DNA of 63,508 bases, filler included, from Candidatus Woesearchaeota archaeon (GTDB taxonomy: Archaea > Nanobdellota > Nanobdellia > Woesearchaeales > J072): the NCBI GenBank assembly GCA_003695265.1. It is 6 parts of 6 records of this genome, joined end to end, with 100 filler letters (N's around TTAATTAATTAA, not from the genome) between each part and the next. Parts side by side here need not be neighbours in the genome. Positions count along the whole stretch, not along the records: positions 50,996 to 60,552 come from RFII01000090.1; positions 60,653 to 63,508 come from RFII01000095.1; 4 more parts are not named here. One strand, written 5' to 3'. Position numbers and translations under genes: made by a program. A model generated the notes under the pieces. It saw nothing but the letters and a program-made list of their open reading frames with translations. It did no database searches and was not told the DNA's origin. Of this stretch, positions 57,485-63,508 are shown piece by piece. The number at the start of each line of letters is the position of its first letter. Within the stretch, counting starts at the first letter, position 1.

Positions 57485-58728
57485 TTTTCCTCACCCATAA
57501 TTATTATTCCGCCACCTGCTGTGTCAAGTCCCTTCTCAATAACAAACCTTCCCAGCTCTGGAGTTTTGTTAAAGTCGTCAACAATAATCTCCTTGTTTGT
57601 TTTTAGGATTACTTCTCCGACTTCCATGTTTCTCAGCTCAGAAGCGTCTTTTTCCAGTACCTCGAACGTTGACGAGTCAATCCTCTTCTCAATTTTTTCT
57701 ATGTCGCAGCTCGCTTCTTCTGTCGCGCATTTGAGCGTGACTGTTTCCCCTTTTCTTAAAGGGTCTTTTGACATCCAGAACAGGTTTGCTTTCACTGTGC
57801 TCGTTACTATTGGCTTGTCTTCCTTGTCTGACAGCACCATTCCCCTGTCTATAAACGCCTTTTCTTTCGTGACGATTCCCGTGCTCTCGCCGCAAACTGC
57901 TTTCTTCTTGTCTGGGTTGAGGAATTCTTCAACGCTTGCTATAACAGCGTTTTCTTCTGTAGGCAATATCAAAACCTTGTCTCCCTCGCTTATAGTCCCT
58001 GCCTCAACTCTGCCCACGATTATTCTCTTATCATCTATCTTGTAAACGTCTTGAACAGGCATTCTTAACGCCAAGTTGCTCCTGTCCATTTTTGACTTGA
58101 ACGTGTCTAAAGCTTCTAGGATTGTCATTCCTTCAAACCATTTCATGTTCTCTGATTTTTTTGCAACATTATCTCCTTCTTTTGCTGATATTGGGATTAT
58201 GTAAGTTGGCTCATTGGCTCCTATCTTGTTAAGGAACTCTTTTATGTCCTTGCTGACCTCTTTGAACCTTGACTCATCATAATTGACTAAGTCCATCTTG
58301 TTTATTACCACAATGACCTGGTCTAGGCCGAGCATTTTTAGGATGTAGGCATGCCTTTTTGTCTGCTCTTGGACGCCTTCCTCAGCGTCAACTATGAGGA
58401 TTGCTGCCTCTGCCTGGCTCGCGCCTGTGATCATGTTTTTGGTGAATTCCCTGTGGCCTGGAGCGTCTATTATGACGTAATCCCTTTTCTTTGTGCTGAA
58501 AAACGTTTGTGCAGTGTCAATTGTTATGCCCTGGTCTCTTTCTTCTTCCAAATGGTCCATTACGTAGGCGAACTCAAGCTCTTTTCCCAATGAGTCGCAT
58601 ATTTTTTTGACTTCCTCAATCTTCTCTTTTGGCAAGCAGCCAGTGTCAAAGAACAATCTTCCTATTAATGTTGATTTGCCGTGGTCAACATGTCCGACAA
58701 TGACAAATTTCAAGTGCTCCTTTCCCAT
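57481..58728 (-). CDS. cysN: Sulfate adenylyltransferase GTPase subunit (no CysC fusion)
   Basis: [32 protein letters not shown]; adjacent to cysD. Confidence 0.88.
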   Translation of the reverse strand: MGKEHLKFVIVGHVDHGKSTLIGRLFFDTGCLPKEKIEEVKKICDSLGKELEFAYVMDHLEEERDQGITIDTAQTFFSTKKRDYVIIDAPGHREFTKNMITGASQAEAAILIVDAEEGVQEQTKRHAYILKMLGLDQVIVVINKMDLVNYDESRFKEVSKDIKEFLNKIGANEPTYIIPISAKEGDNVAKKSENMKWFEGMTILEALDTFKSKMDRSNLALRMPVQDVYKIDDKRIIVGRVEAGTISEGDKVLILPTEENAVIASVEEFLNPDKKKAVCGESTGIVTKEKAFIDRGMVLSDKEDKPIVTSTVKANLFWMSKDPLRKGETVTLKCATEEASCDIEKIEKRIDSSTFEVLEKDASELRNMEVGEVILKTNKEIIVDDFNKTPELGRFVIEKGLDTAGGGIIIMGEEK

Positions 58729-58932
58729 TTACCTTACACCCCACTTTATTGAGTTCCATGCCCTTTCGTGAGCAAAGTACAATGCCATTTTTACGATTGC
58801 TTCTGTTAGCCCAACACCAAATGATATTATAAGGTTTCCTGTGAAAACCCAAACCAGAACCATTGTTGTAAGGCTTGCCACAATTCTCCAGCTGATCGCC
58901 TTTGCTAGGGACCTTCTTTTTCTCTCATTCAT
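58729..58932 (-). CDS. DUF2061 small membrane protein
   Basis: RSLAKAISWR...YFAHERAW..IKWG. Confidence 0.85.
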   Translation of the reverse strand: MNERKRRSLAKAISWRIVASLTTMVLVWVFTGNLIISFGVGLTEAIVKMALYFAHERAWNSIKWGVR

Positions 58933-58934
58933 TT

Positions 58935-59747
58935 TTACATGTAACCCAAAGACCTTAGCTTCTGCATCATGTAGGCAGCTTCCTTGTCTTGGGATCTTCC
59001 GCTTCTCTCAGCAACTTTTGTTGTTTTGAGCTCCTCAATAATCTTGTCTATGTCGTCAGCGTTCGAGTCTATTGGGTGGCAGCATGGCTCGCAGCCTATG
59101 CTTCTGTAGCGCTTGCCGTTCTTAGCAAAGTAAAGGCTGACCACTGGGATGTTCTCTCTTTTTATGTAACGCCAGATATCCAGTTCAGTCCAGTGAAGCA
59201 TGGGGTGGACTCTTATATGCTGTTCGCCCTCCTGCTTGTTCTTGTACTGGTCCCAGAGCTCAGGAGGCTGGTCCTTGTAGTTCCACTGAAATTCCTTGTT
59301 TCTCGGCGAGAAGACGCGCTCTTTTGCTCTTATTCCATGCTCGTCACGCCTTATTCCAAGAAGCAATGCTTTGAAGCCGTGCTTTGCAATGGCCTGCTTC
59401 AGGGCTTCTGTCTTGAGCTGGCCGCAGCACTGCAGTGCTCCGCTTGTCTTGCAGTTAACACCTCTCTTCAATGCTTCCTCATTCCTTCCTATGACTAGGT
59501 TGAATCCCCACTCCTTAGCCCATTTGTCCCGAAACTCGTAAATCTCTTTGAACTTGAAGGAAGTGTCAATGTGCAGAGCTGGAAAAGGAACCTTGCCGTA
59601 GAATGCCTTCCTTACAAGCCACATAAGTGTTGTTGAGTCTTTGCCTATGCTCCAGAGAACAGCTATGTTCTTGAACTGCTTGTAAGCTTCTCTTATAATG
59701 TAAATGCTCTTGCTTTCCAGTTCGTCAAGATGGTCCATTTTTTGCAC
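58935..59747 (-). CDS. cysD: Sulfate adenylyltransferase subunit 2
   Basis: LESKSIYIIRE, WSIGKDS, HIDT, LKT..L, GIRRDE..RAKERVFS, YRSIGC. Confidence 0.93.
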   Translation of the reverse strand: MQKMDHLDELESKSIYIIREAYKQFKNIAVLWSIGKDSTTLMWLVRKAFYGKVPFPALHIDTSFKFKEIYEFRDKWAKEWGFNLVIGRNEEALKRGVNCKTSGALQCCGQLKTEALKQAIAKHGFKALLLGIRRDEHGIRAKERVFSPRNKEFQWNYKDQPPELWDQYKNKQEGEQHIRVHPMLHWTELDIWRYIKRENIPVVSLYFAKNGKRYRSIGCEPCCHPIDSNADDIDKIIEELKTTKVAERSGRSQDKEAAYMMQKLRSLGYM

Positions 59748-59748
59748 C

Positions 59749-60075
59749 TCACAAGTATCCCAATCTCTTCAGCCTTTCCCTTACCTTTTTGTCATCAATA
59801 TCTGAATACACTTCACTTTCCTCAGACAGTATAAGCCTCAGCAGGAAAGTCACATACTCAGAGGCTGACTTTATGTCACTATTCCTTATTTTTTCCTCTA
59901 CTTTTTTCGCTAGCTTTGTTGGTATTGAAATAATTGTTTTTTCTCTGTCAAGCTCCTTGAAAACAGAAATCATGTCGCTTAGAAGCTCTTGGTAAGAAAT
60001 ATCCCTTTTTGAGGCAAGTATTTTTAATTCCTGCCTGAGCTTTTCAGAGACCTGTATGGTTGTGCGATTCTCCAT
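59749..60075 (-). CDS. Double ribbon-helix-helix (CopG-like) protein with ERLKRLGYL tail
   Basis: TTIQVS..LR..LK..SYQELL and TIISIP..LA..SEYV..LL units. Confidence 0.78.
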   Translation of the reverse strand: MENRTTIQVSEKLRQELKILASKRDISYQELLSDMISVFKELDREKTIISIPTKLAKKVEEKIRNSDIKSASEYVTFLLRLILSEESEVYSDIDDKKVRERLKRLGYL

Positions 60076-60119
60076 TCATACATAGAATTATGTATTGGTA
60101 TTTAAATGTTTTGGTTTCA

Positions 60120-60237
60120 GCTTAAAGCCAATTTTGTTGATTTAAAAAATTGTTGTGTTAAAAAGCTTGTAAAAGTGCTTAGTCCCGCCCGCACCACCTT
60201 GACTGCTAAGAATTATCACGATTAAGTTGACTTAACC
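60120..60237 (+). repeat. Dispersed intergenic element, copy 9 (long form)
   Basis: TTAAAGCCAATTTTGTTG...TTAGTCCCGCCCGCACCACC...ATTAAGTTGACTTAACC. Confidence 0.9.
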
Positions 60238-60273
60238 TGTTTCAGAACAAGAAAATTGCGCTCTCACAACTAA

Positions 60274-60498
60274 CTAATCCAAATAACCCAGAGACCTCAG
60301 CCTTTCCTTTACTTTCTCCTCATCCTCAGCACTGTAAGCCTCTTCTTTAGGATTATCCTCTGACTCAATTTTAGAAATAACCTGCTCCAAAACATAAGCC
60401 ACATACTCATCAATATCCTTAAAATCAGAATCTTTTACGCGCTTCTCAATTTTTTCAGCTAATGATTTTGGGATTGAAACGCTTACCTTTCCTGCCAT
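60274..60498 (-). CDS. CopG/RHH protein with ERLRSLGYLD tail
   Basis: VSVSIPKSLAEKI...DEYVAYVL; RBS GGGTGGT. Confidence 0.85.
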   Translation of the reverse strand: MAGKVSVSIPKSLAEKIEKRVKDSDFKDIDEYVAYVLEQVISKIESEDNPKEEAYSAEDEEKVKERLRSLGYLD

Positions 60499-60552
60499 TT
60501 TACTACCACCCTAACCTTTTTTCTTTGGAAATCCTGTTGTAATATATAAATA

Positions 60553-60652
60553 NNNNNNNNNNNNNNNNNNNNNNNNNNNNNNNNNNNNNNNNNNNNTTAA
60601 TTAATTAANNNNNNNNNNNNNNNNNNNNNNNNNNNNNNNNNNNNNNNNNNNN
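60553..60652. other. Artificial contig linker
   Basis: N44-TTAATTAATTAA-N44. Confidence 0.98.
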
Positions 60653-60654
60653 AA

Positions 60655-61812
60655 ATAAGGGAATCTCTTAACGTTTATGCTGTTCACTCATCGTTTTCTG
60701 AAGCGCTGCTTTACCCGTTCGGCCCTGAAATATTAATCGATGCGACTAACAGCCCTGAGTCAAAGCAAAAGTGCATTAGCTACGCAAGCAAGTACAACAT
60801 ACCTTTCTTTTCTGCTTCCACCAATAAAGACAGAGGAGCCCTTGTTGTTTTCAGGCCGAAAAACAAGATTGCAACACTCCTTTCTGGAAGCTTAGAATCT
60901 TTGCTTTTGAATGAATTCAAAGGCCAAGCCCAAGGAAATTATTCAAGCGGCGTGATTGCAGGTTTGGCAACTGAAGAAGTGAGAAAATCAGTGTTCCAAA
61001 TAAAAGAATATGATCACCCTCTAAAGAATGGTTCTGTTATTTATTATAACATTAATTCCTCAAACCGTGTTGGAAGGCAATCTGATCTTAGGGAGCTGCT
61101 TTTGGACTATTACAAGGAGTTTAACGTTTTGATTATAGGAGCGGGTGCAATAGGCAATTTTGTTGCTTTAAACCTTGCAATGATGGGCGTAGGCAACATT
61201 GACATAATGGATGATGATTTTATTGACCATACCAACACTCACAGGCAAATACTCTTTTACGGAAACAGGATAGGAGAAAAAAAGGCAAAAGTGCTTTGTG
61301 AGAGGATTAAAGAAATAAACCCGAATGTGAGCTCGCATCCTTTGGTTGAAAAGTTTACTGAAGGTCATGAGGGCCTGATAAAGAACGGGAATGGAAACGG
61401 GCCTTATGATTTAATATTTACTTGCGTGGATAACCAGTACTCGCGATACATCATTAATGAGTTTGCGGTTGAGTATAATGTCCCAGTAGTGGATGGTGGC
61501 ACAGGGCCTACATCAGGCCAAGTTGCTGTTTTTGTTCCTGGCTACACACGCTGCGTAACATGCCAGAGAAACCTGAAAAAGAAGAAGAAAGTCGTTGTTA
61601 ACTGCAGGGAAGCAGAGCCCTCTGTTGTTATCCCAAACATAATAATAGGTAGCGCCATGTGCGGTGAGGCAAAGCGCATCTTGTATAAAGGCATTGATTA
61701 CACTGCTCCGAGAATCCTTGTTTATGATGCTTTTTCTGTGGGTAGGTTACAAACCAGGCCGGTTTTAATAGATAAAAGGAGGAAATGCCAATGTCAAACA
61801 AAACTCAATTAG
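60655..61812 (+). CDS. E1-like ThiF/MoeB protein with two tandem ThiF domains, 5' truncated
   Basis: Frame open from contig edge: ILIDATNS..KYNIPF..SSGVIAGLATEEVRK (end of domain 1), then IIGAGAIG, D.D..NTHRQ, KA, CVDN, CVTC, NC, KCQC. Confidence 0.85.
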   Translation: MRESLNVYAVHSSFSEALLYPFGPEILIDATNSPESKQKCISYASKYNIPFFSASTNKDRGALVVFRPKNKIATLLSGSLESLLLNEFKGQAQGNYSSGVIAGLATEEVRKSVFQIKEYDHPLKNGSVIYYNINSSNRVGRQSDLRELLLDYYKEFNVLIIGAGAIGNFVALNLAMMGVGNIDIMDDDFIDHTNTHRQILFYGNRIGEKKAKVLCERIKEINPNVSSHPLVEKFTEGHEGLIKNGNGNGPYDLIFTCVDNQYSRYIINEFAVEYNVPVVDGGTGPTSGQVAVFVPGYTRCVTCQRNLKKKKKVVVNCREAEPSVVIPNIIIGSAMCGEAKRILYKGIDYTAPRILVYDAFSVGRLQTRPVLIDKRRKCQCQTKLN

Positions 61813-62852
61813 AAGAATCTGTGGAAGAAGCAACATTTGAAACTGAGAAGGATTTGCCTGTTGACAAACATGAGGAAAAAATTCAGAAAATAAAGGATTA
61901 CATTGAGTGGAGAAAGAACTCTGAAAAAGAAAGAGCTGCTGTGAAGAAAATAAGGCGCCTTCTTGTAGAGCATTACAATGCTGAGATAGAAAAAAGGATT
62001 TCTGCCTATGTGAATGGTAAGGGAAACATTCCCGACCCGCTTAAAAGGATTCGTATTACGCGAGAGGCGTATGACAAGGCAAACCTCATAGCAAGGAAGG
62101 TTGTGGAAATGGCAGGAGCTCCTGTTGAGATTCACGCATGGGCTTTAAATCCGAGGGAAAAGCAGGAAAAAGGAGACATTGCGATTCGTGACTTGTACAT
62201 AGCGCATGATCAGGAAGTAACTCCATCTCACTGCAAAGCAACTTCAAGTGGGAAAATAAAAAGTTATTGGGATATTAAAAAAAACACTGATCAGAAAGTT
62301 GTTGGGTACATGCATTCGCACGGCTATTTTATGCCTTTTCTTTCACTCACTGATAAGGAAAACCTTGATGGCCTTGTTTTTGACCACGGCATTTCTTTTG
62401 AAATAAACCTTTTGGATGATGAGGAAGGAGAAGATGAGGTTATTTACAGGGCAAAATACGCTGTTAGCATTATTTTTAACGCCCTCGGCTCAAAGCCTTT
62501 TGGTGCTTTAGGAATAACATACAAGCCACTGTCAGAAGACGGTCTTGCCTCTGCTAAAACAGTTAGTAAAAACACACCTATCGAGGTGATTGATGAGTCA
62601 AACAACATTTCGCTTGACCCTGAAGAGATCGCAGAGCAGATTTCACAGAGAGTTTATTATAATGGTTGCTTGATTGGTGAAGCTTCCTCAAAAAAAGAAG
62701 ATAATCCTTCTGAACATGTTTCTCTAGATGACCTTCTCGCCAGAATAACCGTAATGGAGAAACAAGTCAGATCATTCGCAGATGAAAACATTTCCTGCTT
62801 GCAGTCACTAAAAAAAGATTTAAAGGCTTTTTACGGTGAGAAAACATCTTAA
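61791..62852 (+). CDS. JAB/MPN+ (JAMM) metalloprotease domain protein
   Basis: PVEIHAW..VGYMHSHGYFMPFLSLTD matches E..HxHx7Sx2D; RBS AGGAGG; overlaps the E1 3' end. Confidence 0.85.
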   Translation: MSNKTQLEESVEEATFETEKDLPVDKHEEKIQKIKDYIEWRKNSEKERAAVKKIRRLLVEHYNAEIEKRISAYVNGKGNIPDPLKRIRITREAYDKANLIARKVVEMAGAPVEIHAWALNPREKQEKGDIAIRDLYIAHDQEVTPSHCKATSSGKIKSYWDIKKNTDQKVVGYMHSHGYFMPFLSLTDKENLDGLVFDHGISFEINLLDDEEGEDEVIYRAKYAVSIIFNALGSKPFGALGITYKPLSEDGLASAKTVSKNTPIEVIDESNNISLDPEEIAEQISQRVYYNGCLIGEASSKKEDNPSEHVSLDDLLARITVMEKQVRSFADENISCLQSLKKDLKAFYGEKTS

Positions 62853-62937
62853 AACTCATGCTTGGCGGAAAATCAGTGACTTTTTTTTAATAAAATTTAT
62901 TAATCAAAAATGAATTTGTAATAATTGGTGTGGTTAT

Positions 62938-63384
62938 TTGGTTTCAAAAAAAGATGCGTTAATACTTTGCAATCTTAGAAGAAATTCCAGGCAAAGCATT
63001 GCTAAAATCGGAAAGAATTCTGGGATTCCTGCTTCTACTGTTTTTGACAGGCTTAGAAAGCTTGAGGGAAACATAATAAGCAAGTACGTTTCCTTAATCG
63101 ACTTTCAGAAGATTGGCTATCATATCAGGCTGTTCTTTGTTTTCAAGGCTTTTGACAAGGAAAAATTGAAGAAATTTCTTATTAACCACCAGAACATAAA
63201 TTCTGTTCACTCTGTTCATGGAGAAAACGATTTCTTTGTTGAGGCTGTCTTTAAGGACTTAAACCAGTTTGAGAGTTTTCTTGAAGATCTTAACAATAAT
63301 GAAATAAAAGAAAAGGATTATTACTATGTTGTTGAAGAGCTGAAAAGAGAATCCTTTCTTTCTGAGCCAGAGCATTTTTACTGA
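62938..63384 (+). CDS. Lrp/AsnC family transcriptional regulator
   Basis: D..IL..LRRNSR.S...STVFDRLRKL, IDFQKIGY, VHGENDFFVE. Confidence 0.92.
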   Translation: MVSKKDALILCNLRRNSRQSIAKIGKNSGIPASTVFDRLRKLEGNIISKYVSLIDFQKIGYHIRLFFVFKAFDKEKLKKFLINHQNINSVHSVHGENDFFVEAVFKDLNQFESFLEDLNNNEIKEKDYYYVVEELKRESFLSEPEHFY

Positions 63385-63508
63385 GAGAATAATTGCTTAA
63401 AACCCCTCCTCCGAAAATTTTTCAGTTTTTTCCTTAATTTTTACGAAAATTACGGAAAAAACAATCTTTTTTCTGAAAAAAACATATAAATTGGCAGCTC
63501 ATTATCTC

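Noticed and set aside
57481..58728. Possible EF-1alpha/SelB
   Set aside because: GITID motif, size and position next to cysD indicate CysN.
2364..60237. Dispersed element as CRISPR repeats or C/D box sRNAs
   Set aside because: Copies are kilobases apart without spacers; the GTGATGA box-C-like word occurs only in copies 2 and 3 and no conserved CTGA box D is present.
16347..60652. Five identical TTAATTAATTAA palindromes flanked by N runs
   Set aside because: Artificial 100-bp contig linkers; ORFs ending in X runs are truncations, and adjacency across linkers (e.g. RHH genes next to E1) is not evidence.

Overview
Archaeal chromosomal DNA, most likely from a DPANN (Woesearchaeota/Pacearchaeota-like) genome bin. 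This assignment is an inference from the archaeal CCA-adding enzyme, Taw3, Dph6, AglB, AbrB-PhoU, BRE/TATA promoters and GGGGTG/GAGGTG ribosome-binding sites. The window is six contigs joined by five artificial 100-bp linkers (N44-TTAATTAATTAA-N44), so gene order across linkers means nothing. Content: tRNA/translation/repair housekeeping genes (nth, dus, taw3, cca, ileS, HemK-like), ion antiporters, an S-layer-like protein, a copper/disulfide cluster (copA, TlpA, ccdA, dsbA), acs, a glycosylation/sulfate-activation region (aglB-like, galE, cysD/cysN) and two TA-like modules. No rRNA, tRNA, CRISPR array, transposase or integrase was found. Main candidates for novelty: (1) a dispersed ~100-115 bp intergenic element (9 copies, core TTAGTCCCRCCCACACCACC) with covarying inverted ends, two copies of which bracket an MNT-HEPN gene with a 61-bp perfect direct repeat; (2) a tandem-ThiF E1-like gene coupled to a JAMM protease; (3) a three-gene operon ending in an EndoIV-like TIM barrel with a large insertion; (4) a C-terminal L(R/K)xLGY tail shared by CysD and two RHH regulators; (5) an AsnB-Dph6 fusion; (6) several structured non-coding elements and small ORFs missed by the ORF track.
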